Shown here: in pieces, positions 28,337 to 38,241 of the stretch
Numbering within the stretch: the stretch's first letter is position 1
How the letters are laid out: the number at the start of each line of letters is the position of its first letter
Assembly: GCA_035564755.1 (NCBI GenBank)
Contig: DATMTK010000049.1
Span: 1-44,597, forward strand
From: Devosia sp.
GTDB lineage: Bacteria > Pseudomonadota > Alphaproteobacteria > Rhizobiales > Devosiaceae
Length of the DNA: 44,597 nucleotides
Reading direction: 5' to 3'
The notes under the pieces: model-generated
Told to the model about the DNA's origin: nothing
Seen by the model: the letters and a program-made list of their open reading frames with translations, nothing else
The model's database searches: none
Made by a program: the position numbers and the translations under genes

Positions 28337-29539
28337 TTACGGCTTGATGTCGGCGGCCGCGCATGCCTTTGCGAGGGCGCCGGCGCAAAGCTTCTTGGCA
28401 TCGACGAAGCCGTCCTTGACCACCGTCTTGGCCATGCTCGCCGAAGTCACCCAGAGCGGCGTCAGCAACACCGAGGGGACATCGATCTTGGCCTGCGAGT
28501 CCGGCGTCTTGCCGTTGATCAGAGCGGCAGGGGGTTGCGTTCCCGAGGCGAGGTAGATGGCGAGGGCCGCGGAGGCCTGCGCCTCGAGGTAGATCGCCTT
28601 GTAGACGGTGCCGCACTGGTATCCTGCGAGCACATTCTGCAGGCCGGTCAGCGTGGCGTCCTGCCCCGTGGTCGGGAAGGTCTTCGCCGGCACCTTCAGC
28701 GTCTTGAGGTACGAGATCACCGCGTTGGCGTTGTCGTCGTTGGGGACCACGGCCGCATTGATGTTGGAATGCGCCGTGTACTGCTGCTCAAACGTCGTGC
28801 GCGCCGTCGCCGGATCCCAGGTGCCGGCCGGCTCGGCAACTTTGGTGTACTTGCCGGAATCGAAGCCTGCCTTCAGCACGCCCATATAGCCCTGCGCGAA
28901 CAGCGTCGCATTGTTGTCGGTCGGCGCGCCGCGCATCACCAGGATTTGCGGCTTCTGCACCTTCCAGTCGACGAGGCACTGTTCCATGCCTTTGCCGATG
29001 AGCGTTCCGACGCCGACATTGTCGAAGCTGACATAGTAGTCGCGCGCTCCGCCCAGGGTCAGGCGATCGTAATCGATCACCGGCACGCCGTGCTGCTTGG
29101 CATAGGTCTCGATGGATGCGCCCACGCCCGACGAGATCGGATCGACGACAAGTACCGACGCACCCTGAGAGATCGCCGACTGCGCCTGCGTCAGCTCGGT
29201 CGACTCGCTGCCCTGGGCATTGGTGATGATGAACTGGTCGGCCTTGAGGCCGGCGGCGGCGAACGCCTTCTTGAGATAGGGCTCGTCGAATGAGGTGTAG
29301 CGGGCCGACGTAGTGGTCTCGGGCAGGAGCACGGCGATCTTGCCCTTGACCTTGCCTGCCAGGTCTTTAAGTGCCGCCATCGCCGAAAAGTCGGCGGTGA
29401 ACGAGGTCGCCGTGAGACCGGCGGCATTTGCAACCGGCACGAAGCTCGTAGTGGCCATGACGCCGGCAAGGAGCGCGGCGACGGCAGAGTAGGTTCCGGT
29501 CCGACGCAGACCGGTGTCCTTATGAACAGTGTTCGACAT
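28337..29539 (-). CDS. Sugar ABC substrate-binding protein (XylF-like)
   Basis: Signal peptide; IDYDRL, YVSFDNVGVG, PTDNNA, TGQDA; GGAGG RBS. Confidence 0.92.
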   Translation of the reverse strand: MSNTVHKDTGLRRTGTYSAVAALLAGVMATTSFVPVANAAGLTATSFTADFSAMAALKDLAGKVKGKIAVLLPETTTSARYTSFDEPYLKKAFAAAGLKADQFIITNAQGSESTELTQAQSAISQGASVLVVDPISSGVGASIETYAKQHGVPVIDYDRLTLGGARDYYVSFDNVGVGTLIGKGMEQCLVDWKVQKPQILVMRGAPTDNNATLFAQGYMGVLKAGFDSGKYTKVAEPAGTWDPATARTTFEQQYTAHSNINAAVVPNDDNANAVISYLKTLKVPAKTFPTTGQDATLTGLQNVLAGYQCGTVYKAIYLEAQASAALAIYLASGTQPPAALINGKTPDSQAKIDVPSVLLTPLWVTSASMAKTVVKDGFVDAKKLCAGALAKACAAADIKP

Positions 29540-29613
29540 GGAAACCTCCGATGGGAAAGCGTTCGTTGATTGCGCCCTTGCCGAATACCTGCGCCGTTCG
29601 CCGGCGGTTCGCC

Positions 29614-29627
29614 TTGACCGAGGTCAA
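29614..29627 (-). promoter_or_regulatory. FixK/Fnr box for the sugar ABC operon
   Basis: TTGAC-CGAG-GTCAA, 75 nt upstream of the binding-protein start. Confidence 0.85.
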
Positions 29628-29768
29628 GCGGGCTTGTCGTCGGTGAAATTGCGTTCTGAGCTGGCCCGGCTCGCAACGACGAGGTCAAACTCGCCGGCCT
29701 CGATGGCCTTGGTTCGCGGAGGGTATGGCCTGTCGGTGGCGCGCCCTGCTCTCAGTCAACCCTGGAGC

Positions 29769-30230
29769 TCAGGCCAGCTCGGCTATTTTTTCGAGGTATG
29801 CCTCGACCTTGTGCTTGGGCATCTTCACCAAGTCCCGCGCCAGTTCGGCTTTCAGGAGCTGCCGGCTCGTCGGGCCGAGGTTGTCGCGAAGAACCCCCAG
29901 TGCACGCGGGGCTGCTAGGATCAGAAGCGCACTGCCGCCTTCCGTGTTGACGATCTCCTCGAGTTTCCTGGCGACCGCCTTGAGGAACTTCGTCTCCGCC
30001 TCCTGGTGCCAGTCCGGAGAGGCGACGGCGCTCCGCGAGCTGTCATGGGAATCGTAGCTGCGGCCCGGCCGATCGCTGCCGAGGTCGCGTGTGGGCGGAT
30101 GATGCTCCTCGAGCATGTGCCTGGCGATCAGACGGACATGTCGTATGCTGCTCACGTTCCGGTAGAAGATCGCCTTGCTGCCGTCGCAGACGAGAACCCA
30201 GGCTTCGGCTGGCGTGCTGATCCTTGTCAC
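29769..30230 (-). CDS. Host-attachment family protein (AtsE/baeRF12-like, aeRF1-related)
   Basis: WVLVCDGSKA, DLGSDRPGR, DWHQEAETKF, LAAPRALGVLR, ELARDLVK. Confidence 0.85.
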   Translation of the reverse strand: MTRISTPAEAWVLVCDGSKAIFYRNVSSIRHVRLIARHMLEEHHPPTRDLGSDRPGRSYDSHDSSRSAVASPDWHQEAETKFLKAVARKLEEIVNTEGGSALLILAAPRALGVLRDNLGPTSRQLLKAELARDLVKMPKHKVEAYLEKIAELA

Positions 30231-30243
30231 CGCGTCACCCCGC

Positions 30244-31062
30244 TCAGTTCGAGAAGAACCTGCAACGGCTCAGCGACTCTACGAGATCCCTGGTGACACC
30301 CCCGAAGAGCCACTCGCGAAAGCGCGTATGGCCATACCCACCGGCGACGATGAACTCAGCCTTCCGCTCGCCCGCCGCGGCCTCGATCGTTCTGCCCACC
30401 GTGTCCTGCGGCGGAACGATGTCGCCGGTTGCCTTGATGCCATGGCGATCGAGCCAGGCGAGGATCGCCTTGAAGCTTTCGTGCTCATCGGGATAATCAC
30501 CCTGCTCCACCGAGACCACGTAGACGTCCTTGGCTGTCTTCAGAAAGGGTAGCGCGTCGGCGACGGCGCGGCGCGCCTCGCGGCGGTCCGTCCAGGCGAT
30601 CACGACGTTGCTTGTATTGATCGACTTTGTTCCCTCAGGAACGAGCAGGACGGGTCGTCCGGCGGAAACGATCACTTCGCCGGCGTCGACCGCGTTGCTC
30701 CGCTCGGGCGAGATGCGCGTTGGCAGCAGCACCAGATCGGCGGCGATCGACTCGTCGACAAGGAATCCCGTCGGCTGCTGGACAAGGCTATGGAAGGTAC
30801 CCCGCATGTTCCCGGGGACCGTGGATTGGAACTTCTCCTGCAGCAGGCCCAGCCCTTCATCGATCTCGCCGCGCTGGCGCTGGTAACTCTGAAGCGCGGC
30901 CGCGGTTCCCAGTTCTGCGCCGAAGGTTTCCACCAGCGGCTGTGCCGCCGCGGCGGCCGATACGCGTGCGCCGAAGCGCTCTGCGAGCTCGACGGCCGAG
31001 CCGAGGACAGCCGTCGCCGGATCTCTCGGGTCGAGCGAGACAAGGATGTTGCGGATTTCCAT
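30244..31062 (-). CDS. Universal stress protein (tandem USP)
   Basis: Start MEIRNILV at 31062; AGRPVLLVP, REARRAVADALPFL, GGYGHTRFREWLFGGVTR. Confidence 0.92.
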   Translation of the reverse strand: MEIRNILVSLDPRDPATAVLGSAVELAERFGARVSAAAAAQPLVETFGAELGTAAALQSYQRQRGEIDEGLGLLQEKFQSTVPGNMRGTFHSLVQQPTGFLVDESIAADLVLLPTRISPERSNAVDAGEVIVSAGRPVLLVPEGTKSINTSNVVIAWTDRREARRAVADALPFLKTAKDVYVVSVEQGDYPDEHESFKAILAWLDRHGIKATGDIVPPQDTVGRTIEAAAGERKAEFIVAGGYGHTRFREWLFGGVTRDLVESLSRCRFFSN

Positions 31063-31120
31063 AAGAACCACCTTTTGCAAGCGATGTCGAAATTCTTAGC
31101 GGTGACTGCGGCCGGCTGCT

Positions 31121-31134
31121 TTGATGTAGCTCAG
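31121..31134 (-). promoter_or_regulatory. FixK/Fnr box (near-consensus)
   Basis: TTGAT-GTAG-CTCAG; minus-strand TAAGAA at 31098-31093 (22 nt gap). Confidence 0.6.
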
Positions 31135-31245
31135 CCGACGATGCGCCTCCGGAAGCTCACCGCAGCCGTCAAACCGGCCGGAGGTGCCGTGCCCTACTCT
31201 GGTGTCGCAAAGGGCGGGAGCGGTGCCGCTATCAACCCGCAACGC

Positions 31246-31893
31246 TCAACCCACGACCAGGTGGTCGACGACCTTGGTCACCCCGACAACGGACCACGCC
31301 GCATCCTCGACCACATGGCGTTCCGCAAAGGAGCGCACGCGCCCGGTGAGTGTGACCTCGTTGCCCTTGACGATAACCTCTACGACACGGTCACCGACCT
31401 CAGCCTTGCGCCGCAAGGCATGTTCGATGGCCGTGCGCACGTCGCCCGTGGCGAGCCGCGCCCTGAGCTCGATATTGTCCTCGATGTCCGTCACCCCCTT
31501 GAGCGTGCGCACAACATCGAGCGCGCCGCGCTTCTGGTAAGCCCAGTCGAGGCTGCCGCTCAGCGTCACCCTGCCGTTCTCGACCGTCACCACCACTCGC
31601 CCGTCGGGCACCAGCGTGCTCCATTTGAGGGCATTGACGATCCGTTCGGCGATCAGTCCGTCATCCACAGCTCCGGCGCCGTTTGCGCGGACCGTCAGCT
31701 CCTCGGCGATGGCTTTGACGCCTTTGACGCGCATCACGGCCTGCTCCGCCGCAACCTTCTGGGCATAGCTGCCGACCGAGCCGGTGAGAGTGACGATGCC
31801 GGATCGCACGGCGACTCCGATACCGGCCGCATCTATGCTCGGCTCGAACTCGAGTTCGTCGATGATGTTCTGCTTGACGACACCGTCGTTCAT
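31246..31893 (-). CDS. Triple BON domain protein (OsmY-like)
   Basis: ATG 31893 with GGAGG RBS; three repeats of V-x-V-x-x-G-x-VTL-x-G...GV-x-x-[IV]. Confidence 0.9.
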   Translation of the reverse strand: MNDGVVKQNIIDELEFEPSIDAAGIGVAVRSGIVTLTGSVGSYAQKVAAEQAVMRVKGVKAIAEELTVRANGAGAVDDGLIAERIVNALKWSTLVPDGRVVVTVENGRVTLSGSLDWAYQKRGALDVVRTLKGVTDIEDNIELRARLATGDVRTAIEHALRRKAEVGDRVVEVIVKGNEVTLTGRVRSFAERHVVEDAAWSVVGVTKVVDHLVVG

Positions 31894-31946
31894 GTCTGCC
31901 TCCACAATTGCTGAGGACGGCATTGCATCTCCGGGCAAAGCCGGCA

Positions 31947-31960
31947 TTGAGGACGATCAA
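31947..31960 (-). promoter_or_regulatory. FixK/Fnr box overlapping the cydC stop
   Basis: TTGAG-GACG-ATCAA, 54 nt upstream of the BON gene. Confidence 0.8.
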
Positions 31961-33624
31961 ACCCGGGGCACACGGTCCGTGAGCATACGGCCGGCCCTGA
32001 GTTCGGTCAGTCGGCCGAAGGCCGACGGAACCTCGGCATGGGTGATGGCGATCACGGTGCGCCCCGCCGCCGCTTTCGGCACGTCCCGCAGGATCGCCTG
32101 CTCCGTCTCCACATCGAGTCCGGCGGTCGGCTCGTCGAGGACGATGATCGACGCGGGCGACAGCAGGGTGCGGGCGAGGCAGATGCGCCGGGCCTGGCCG
32201 GCCGACAGCGACCGGCCGCCCTCGCCGAGCACGGTGTCGAGCCCCGCCGGCAGGCCCGAGACAACATCGGCCATCCCGACGCGATCGAGAACGGCCGAAA
32301 GCGCCTCGTCCGAGGCCTCGGGCCATCCGATCAGGAGGTTGTTGCGCACTGTGTCGTTGAATACCGGCGCATCCTGAGTCATCAGCGCGACACGCTCGCG
32401 CAGCGCCGCGCTGCTGACCTCACGCAGGTCGACGCCGTTGATCATCACCCGCCCTGCAACCGGGTCGATGAACCGCACCAGCAGCTGCGCGATGGTCGAC
32501 TTGCCGGCTCCGCTCGGGCCCCTGATGGCCACGCATTCGCCGTCGCCAACGTGCAAATCCACGCCGTCGAGCACCATTGCACCATCGCGATATGAGAAAC
32601 GGACATCCTCGAAATCGACGGTGCCGCCTGTTGGAAGCGGCCTTGGGTCGACCGCCTCGACGATCGCCGCCGGCATCGTGGACAACGTCGACAAGCGGTC
32701 CGCAGCGGCCGCCGCTGCAGCGATACCGCGCGCCGCTCGCACCACGACCGCGGACGCCTCAAAGCTGGCAACGACGGCGAGAACGAGCCCAACCATCAAC
32801 GGGCCGTCGATCGTCCTGGCACTGACCGCGTTCAGGCCGCAGGCGAGCGTGGTCACGAGAACCACCGCCGAGAGAGCCTGTACTCCCGCAGAGGCCCACC
32901 CCGTGATCCGGGCCAGTTGCCCCCGCGCGGTCGACAGCCGGCCGGCGCATTGCTCGGCACGCTCCCGCGCGCGGTCAACGGCGTCGAACAGGACGAGATC
33001 CTGGTGACCATCGATGCCGTCGAGGACAGCGGATCTCAGCGCCGCCGACGCGGTGACGATCTCCGTGCCGACGGCGCGGGAGGCCACGACCAGCAATGCC
33101 GGCACGCCGACGGTCGCGACCGCGAACCCGGCTGCATAGACGGCGGCCGCTTCCGGCAAGGTGAATGCGAGCAGAACCGTCATGCCGGTTCCGGCCACCA
33201 CCGCCGTTGCAATGGGGCCGAGCCCGACAAGGAAGATCGCATCGAGCGCGTCGAGATCGGCGACCAGCCGGCTCACGAGATCGCCGCGGCCGAACAGCTG
33301 GTTGATTGGAACGAGCCGGAAGAGGCCGGCGAAAGTCGACCGCCGCAGTTCCGACAGGAGCCGCAAGGTCGCGTCATGTCCTGTGACCTTCTCGCCGTAG
33401 CGCGACAGGATGCGCACAAAGGACAGGCCGCGCACTCCAGCGGACGGCGCGAACAGGTTGAACGTCACTCCGGCGGTCGTGATGGCCGCGGCCGTCAGGA
33501 ACCATCCGGAGACGCCGAGCAGCGCTATCCCCGCTGCCAGCGTGATCAGGGAGAGTCCTAGAGTCAGCAGCAGCGAACCGCGCAACTGCCCGAGCAGCGG
33601 GAGCACGTAGGCGAGCGCTCTCAC
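31957..33624 (-). CDS. cydC: Thiol reductant/haem ABC exporter subunit CydC
   Basis: GTG 33624 in GTGA overlap with cydD stop; SGWFL, RYGEKVTGHDATLR, GPSGAGKST, DEPT. Confidence 0.92.
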   Translation of the reverse strand: MRALAYVLPLLGQLRGSLLLTLGLSLITLAAGIALLGVSGWFLTAAAITTAGVTFNLFAPSAGVRGLSFVRILSRYGEKVTGHDATLRLLSELRRSTFAGLFRLVPINQLFGRGDLVSRLVADLDALDAIFLVGLGPIATAVVAGTGMTVLLAFTLPEAAAVYAAGFAVATVGVPALLVVASRAVGTEIVTASAALRSAVLDGIDGHQDLVLFDAVDRARERAEQCAGRLSTARGQLARITGWASAGVQALSAVVLVTTLACGLNAVSARTIDGPLMVGLVLAVVASFEASAVVVRAARGIAAAAAAADRLSTLSTMPAAIVEAVDPRPLPTGGTVDFEDVRFSYRDGAMVLDGVDLHVGDGECVAIRGPSGAGKSTIAQLLVRFIDPVAGRVMINGVDLREVSSAALRERVALMTQDAPVFNDTVRNNLLIGWPEASDEALSAVLDRVGMADVVSGLPAGLDTVLGEGGRSLSAGQARRICLARTLLSPASIIVLDEPTAGLDVETEQAILRDVPKAAAGRTVIAITHAEVPSAFGRLTELRAGRMLTDRVPRV

Positions 33625-35378
33625 GCGGCACCTCGTTGCGCCGGTCGATCCACGGCGGGCCGCGGTGTCGCCAGCAGCCGACCCTGCGTGAGCCGGTAGC
33701 AGCGGTCCATGCGGGCAGCCACAGCGAGCGAGTGGGTAAAAACGAGCATCGTCCGCCCGCGCGAGAACTCGCACAGTCCATCCAGAACGCGGGTTTCGGT
33801 GACGGTGTCGAGATGCGACGTCGGCTCGTCGAGCAGCAGCAGTCCGCGGTCGAGCAGATAGATCCGTGCCAGGGCGACGCGCTGCAGCTCGCCCCCCGAC
33901 AATCCGACGCCACCTTCGCCGAGCGTCGTCTCGAGACCCTGCGGCAGCGCCGCGGCGAACGCCGTCACCTGTGCTCGAGCCGCAGCCCTTCGCACCGATG
34001 TGGAGCATGCCTGCGGGCGTCCCAGCCGGATGTTATCGGCCATCGTCGTCGCCAAGATCGTCGGCCGTTGCCCGAGCGCTGCGATGCTGCGCCGGAGGGC
34101 CGACGGGGCGATCTCGCGCACCTCCCGGCCATCGAGGCGGACCGATCCCTCGTATGGGGTAAGCCCCGCGATCGCCGAGAGGAGCGTGGATTTTCCCGAT
34201 CCGCTCGGACCAAGGATCGCGACGTGCTCGCCCCGCTTCACGCTCAGATCGAGATCGTGGATGATCGCAACGCCGGTTGGCGAGGCGATGCGCACTGCCG
34301 ACAGGGTGACGGCAGACGGGACGACCTCGTCACTCCGATCCGACATGGCCTGTGGCGTGATCTTCGGGTCAAGGACCGGCAGTTCGCCGAACATCTTCTC
34401 CAGTTCCGCCGCGGCCGCCTTTGCCGCCGCCTGGTCGTGGTAGTGGGCCGCCAGCGTGCGCAGCGGCGCGAAGACCTCGGGGGCCATCAGCAGGCAGAAC
34501 AGCCCGGCTTCCAGTGAAAGCGGCGTCGTGCGCAGGTTGACGAGGTGCAGGAAGGTCAGGCCGACATAAAGCGCCACCCCGGCTACCCCCAGCGCGGCAA
34601 AGAACTCCAGCACCGCCGAGCTCAGGAACGCGATGCGCATCACGCGCATCGTTCGGATCCGAAGTGCTTCGCTCGCGCGCTCGACCCCCTCCGCTTCGGC
34701 GCCCTCGCGGCCAAAGAGCTTGAGCGTCGTGATACCGCGCAGACGATCAGCGAAGTGGCCGCTGAGCCGGCTCAGCGCGGTCGCCTGGCGCTCGCTCGCG
34801 GCCTGGGCACCCCAGCCCGCCAGCGCCATGAAGACGGGGATCAGCGGGGCCGCGATCAGCAGCAGCAGCGCCACCATCCAGTCGACCGGCAGGATCACCA
34901 CGGCAAAGGCCAAGGGTAGCAGCGCCGCCTGCACCAACGCCGGCAGGTAGCGCGTCAGGTAGCCGTCCATCGCCTCGACGTGCTCGATGACGGCAGTCGC
35001 GAGCGCGCCGCTTGAGCGCGCCGCGGTCCAATTCGGCGACCGGTCCAGGATGTCGCCGATCAGCGTCCGGCGGAGCCTCCGCTTGCTCTGTTCGCCGGCA
35101 GTCGTCGCCGCCAATTCACCGGCCAGCCCCATGAGCACGCGAAGCAGCAGCAAACCTGTGATCTCGAGAAGCGGCGTGAGCATAAGCCATGGGCTTTCGC
35201 CCATCCTCACCGCGCGATCGACGACGTGAGCGATAAGCCACGCCTGCGGCAACAGCAGGGTCCCTGCAAGCAGCGGCATGGCGATCGACATCGTCTGGCT
35301 GACCCCGCCACTGCGGCCCAGTTGTCCAAGCCATTTCCGGGGGCGCAAGGCGTGGGCTGAGGCTGAGGGCGGGGTCAT
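33621..35378 (-). CDS. cydD: Thiol reductant/haem ABC exporter subunit CydD
   Basis: PLIPVFM, TMRVMRIAFLSSAVLEFF, PLRTLAAHYH, LSGGELQR. Confidence 0.93.
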   Translation of the reverse strand: MTPPSASAHALRPRKWLGQLGRSGGVSQTMSIAMPLLAGTLLLPQAWLIAHVVDRAVRMGESPWLMLTPLLEITGLLLLRVLMGLAGELAATTAGEQSKRRLRRTLIGDILDRSPNWTAARSSGALATAVIEHVEAMDGYLTRYLPALVQAALLPLAFAVVILPVDWMVALLLLIAAPLIPVFMALAGWGAQAASERQATALSRLSGHFADRLRGITTLKLFGREGAEAEGVERASEALRIRTMRVMRIAFLSSAVLEFFAALGVAGVALYVGLTFLHLVNLRTTPLSLEAGLFCLLMAPEVFAPLRTLAAHYHDQAAAKAAAAELEKMFGELPVLDPKITPQAMSDRSDEVVPSAVTLSAVRIASPTGVAIIHDLDLSVKRGEHVAILGPSGSGKSTLLSAIAGLTPYEGSVRLDGREVREIAPSALRRSIAALGQRPTILATTMADNIRLGRPQACSTSVRRAAARAQVTAFAAALPQGLETTLGEGGVGLSGGELQRVALARIYLLDRGLLLLDEPTSHLDTVTETRVLDGLCEFSRGRTMLVFTHSLAVAARMDRCYRLTQGRLLATPRPAVDRPAQRGAA

Positions 35379-35412
35379 GTGAAGACCCTACCGGCGCTCC
35401 CTTCCGGCCCCT

Positions 35413-35426
35413 TTGACACACGTCAA
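35413..35426. promoter_or_regulatory. FixK/Fnr box in divergent cydDC / cydABX promoter
   Basis: TTGAC-ACAC-GTCAA; minus -10 TAGGGT 35390-35385, plus -10-like TATCGA 35449-35454 (both 22 nt gaps). Confidence 0.9.
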
Positions 35427-35503
35427 GGTAGCCCGCCCCACGGGCGCCTATCGACGTCCCATGCCGGCCGGTGGGGCCGCCTCAAGCACAAGGATTCCTC
35501 GAC

Positions 35504-37084
35504 ATGGTCGATCCCCTCGTCGTCGAACTGTCGCGGCTGCAGTTCGCTGCGACTGCGATGTACCACTTCATCTTCGTGCCCCTCACCCTCGGCCTCTCTT
35601 TCCTGATGGCGGTGATGGAGAGCGTCTACGTCATGACCGGCCGGATGGTGTGGCGGAAGGCAACGCTGTTCTGGGCCACCCTGTTCGCCATCAACTTTGC
35701 GATGGGCATCGCCACCGGTATCGTCATGGAGTTCCAGTTCGGGATGAACTGGAGCTACTACAGCCATTATGTCGGCGACATCTTCGGCGCGCCGCTCGCC
35801 ATCGAGGGCCTGATGGCCTTCTTCCTCGAGGCGACCTTCATCGGCCTGTTCTTCTTCGGCTGGGATCGGCTGAAGCCGGTGGGGCATCTCGCAGTCACGT
35901 GGCTCGTTGCGCTCGGCGCTAATTTCTCGGCGCTGTGGATCCTCATCGCCAACGGCTGGATGCAGAACCCGGTCGGGGCGACCTTCAATCCCGACACCAT
36001 GCGCATGGAGCTCACCAATTTCACCGACGTCATCTTCAATCCGGTGGCGCAGGCCAAGTTCGTGCACACCGTCAGCGCCGGCTATGTGAGCGGCGCTGTC
36101 TTCGTGCTGGCGATCAGCGCATTGTTCCTTCTGCAGCGGCGGCACCGCGACGTTGCCATCCGGTCGATGGTGGTCGCCGCCAGCTTCGGTCTCGCTGCCG
36201 CGCTCTCGGTCGTCGTGCTCGGCGACGAGTCTGGCTACGAGACGACCGCGCATCAGAAGATGAAGCTCGCGGCCATGGAGGATATGTACGAGACGCAACA
36301 GGCGCCCGCGTCCTTCACGTTGTTCGCCATTCCCACCGGCGATGGCCAGCAGTTCGCAGTCCGCATCCCCTGGGTGTTCGGCCTCATTGCGACCCGCTCC
36401 TTCGACCAGCCCGTCATCGGCATCAACGATCTGGTATCGGCTGCCGAGACGCGGATCAGCAATGGGATCATCGCTTACAAGGCGCTGCAGCAGATCCGTT
36501 CAAATCCCGACGACCAGATTGCCCGCACGACGTTCGCGCAGACGCAGCAGGACCTCGGCTATGCCCTCCTGCTCAAGCAGTATCCGGGCGGCGTCGAGAA
36601 CGCGACCAGCGACGACATCACCAAGGCGGCGCAGAGCACCATACCGGATGTCTGGACCCTGTTCTGGACCTTCCGCATCATGGTGGGTGTAGGCTTCTTC
36701 TACATCGCGTTCTTTGCCTTCTGGTTCTGGAAAGCCTCGACCCGCCGGCTTGAGAGCAGCCGCTTCTGGCTCTGGGTCGCGCTGTGGTCGCTCCCGTTAC
36801 CGTGGCTCGCAATCGAAAGCGGCTGGCTGGTCGCCGAGCTCGGCCGCCAGCCCTGGGTGGTCGAAGGCGTTCTGCCGACCTTCTACGCCGCGTCAGGCCT
36901 GAACGTGTGGGATCTCGCCATCTCACTGATCTTCTACGTGCTCGTCTATACCGTGCTGCTCGCCATCATGGTCTGGTTGATGGTCCGCGCCATCAAGCAT
37001 GGCCCATCCGAGCAGTCCGTCCTCGACCTCAACGAAGACATGCCGGCCCCGGTCGGAGCCGCCAAGTTGGAGCCCGCCGAATGA
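35504..37084 (+). CDS. cydA: Cytochrome bd ubiquinol oxidase subunit I
   Basis: ATG 35504; LSRLQFA..YHFIFVPLT, EFQFGMNW, KFVHTV, QKMKLAAME, GRQPW. Confidence 0.97.
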   Translation: MVDPLVVELSRLQFAATAMYHFIFVPLTLGLSFLMAVMESVYVMTGRMVWRKATLFWATLFAINFAMGIATGIVMEFQFGMNWSYYSHYVGDIFGAPLAIEGLMAFFLEATFIGLFFFGWDRLKPVGHLAVTWLVALGANFSALWILIANGWMQNPVGATFNPDTMRMELTNFTDVIFNPVAQAKFVHTVSAGYVSGAVFVLAISALFLLQRRHRDVAIRSMVVAASFGLAAALSVVVLGDESGYETTAHQKMKLAAMEDMYETQQAPASFTLFAIPTGDGQQFAVRIPWVFGLIATRSFDQPVIGINDLVSAAETRISNGIIAYKALQQIRSNPDDQIARTTFAQTQQDLGYALLLKQYPGGVENATSDDITKAAQSTIPDVWTLFWTFRIMVGVGFFYIAFFAFWFWKASTRRLESSRFWLWVALWSLPLPWLAIESGWLVAELGRQPWVVEGVLPTFYAASGLNVWDLAISLIFYVLVYTVLLAIMVWLMVRAIKHGPSEQSVLDLNEDMPAPVGAAKLEPAE

Positions 37085-38229
37085 GCAGCATTCCACTCGA
37101 CTACGAAACCCTCCGCCTGATCTGGTGGACTCTCCTGGGCGTGCTGCTCATCGGCTTTGCCGTCATGGGCGGCATGGACCTCGGCATGGGCACCCTCCTG
37201 CCCTTCGTCGCCCGCACCGACGAGGAGCGCCGCGTGATCCTCAACCTGTCGGGGCCGACATGGGAGGGCAACCAGGTATGGCTGGTGCTCGGCGGCGGCG
37301 CCATCTTCGCCGCCTGGCCGGCAATCTACGCCGCCAGCTTCTCCGGCTTCTATCTCGCGATGATTGCGATCCTCTTGGCGCTGATCCTGAGGCCGGTCGG
37401 CTTCAAGTTCCGCGGCAAGGTCGCCGACGCGCGCTGGCGCACGGCGTGGGACTGGGCCCTCTTCATCGGCGGCTTCGTTCCCTCGCTGATCTTTGGCGTC
37501 GCGGTTGGCAACCTGTTTCTCGGCGTCCCATACCGGCTCGATGGCACCTTGCGTGCCAGCTACGAAGGCAACTTCTTCGGCCTGTTGACGCCGTTCGCGC
37601 TGCTCACGGGGCTGCTGAGCCTGTCGATGCTGACGACGCAGGGGGCGACCATCGTCGCGGCACGAACCGGCGGCGAAATTGCCGAGCGTGCCCGCACCTA
37701 CGGTAAGTGGGCAGCGGCGGCGACGCTCGTGATCTTCATCATCGGGGGGCTCGTGACACTGTTCCTGCTGAACGGCTACGAAGTCACGAGCGTGCAGAAT
37801 GTGGCCGGGCCATCGGACCCCCTCGGCAAGACCGTGACGGTTGTCCAGGGCGCCTGGCGCAACAACTATGCCGCGATGCCGTGGATGGTCGTTGCTCCGT
37901 CGCTCGCGATCGTCGGCAGCATCATCGCTTATCTGGCACTGGATCTGCGCGCCAGGATGCTCGGCCTGTTCGGCTCGAGTCTTGCCATCTTCGGGATCAT
38001 CTCGACGGCCGGCTTGTCGCTCTTCCCGTTCCTGATGCCCTCGTCGGTGGAACCCAACGCGAGCTTCACGGTATGGGATGCCTCGTCGAGCCAAATGACG
38101 CTCTTCATCATGCTGTGCGCGACCGTGGTCTTTCTGCCGATCATCCTGGCCTACACCGCATGGGTCTACCGCGTCATGCGGGGTACCGTGACCACGACCA
38201 GCCTCAAGCGCAACCCCAACGCCTACTGA
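37081..38229 (+). CDS. cydB: Cytochrome bd ubiquinol oxidase subunit II
   Basis: ATG 37081 overlapping the cydA stop; DYETLRLIWW, PTWEGNQVWL, WDASSSQMTL. Confidence 0.96.
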   Translation: MSSIPLDYETLRLIWWTLLGVLLIGFAVMGGMDLGMGTLLPFVARTDEERRVILNLSGPTWEGNQVWLVLGGGAIFAAWPAIYAASFSGFYLAMIAILLALILRPVGFKFRGKVADARWRTAWDWALFIGGFVPSLIFGVAVGNLFLGVPYRLDGTLRASYEGNFFGLLTPFALLTGLLSLSMLTTQGATIVAARTGGEIAERARTYGKWAAAATLVIFIIGGLVTLFLLNGYEVTSVQNVAGPSDPLGKTVTVVQGAWRNNYAAMPWMVVAPSLAIVGSIIAYLALDLRARMLGLFGSSLAIFGIISTAGLSLFPFLMPSSVEPNASFTVWDASSSQMTLFIMLCATVVFLPIILAYTAWVYRVMRGTVTTTSLKRNPNAY

Positions 38230-38241
38230 AGGAACCGATCG

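Noticed and set aside
29625-29720. Minus-strand peptide AIEAGEFDLVVASR, like a glycosyltransferase or USP fragment
   Set aside because: Too short to assign without a search.
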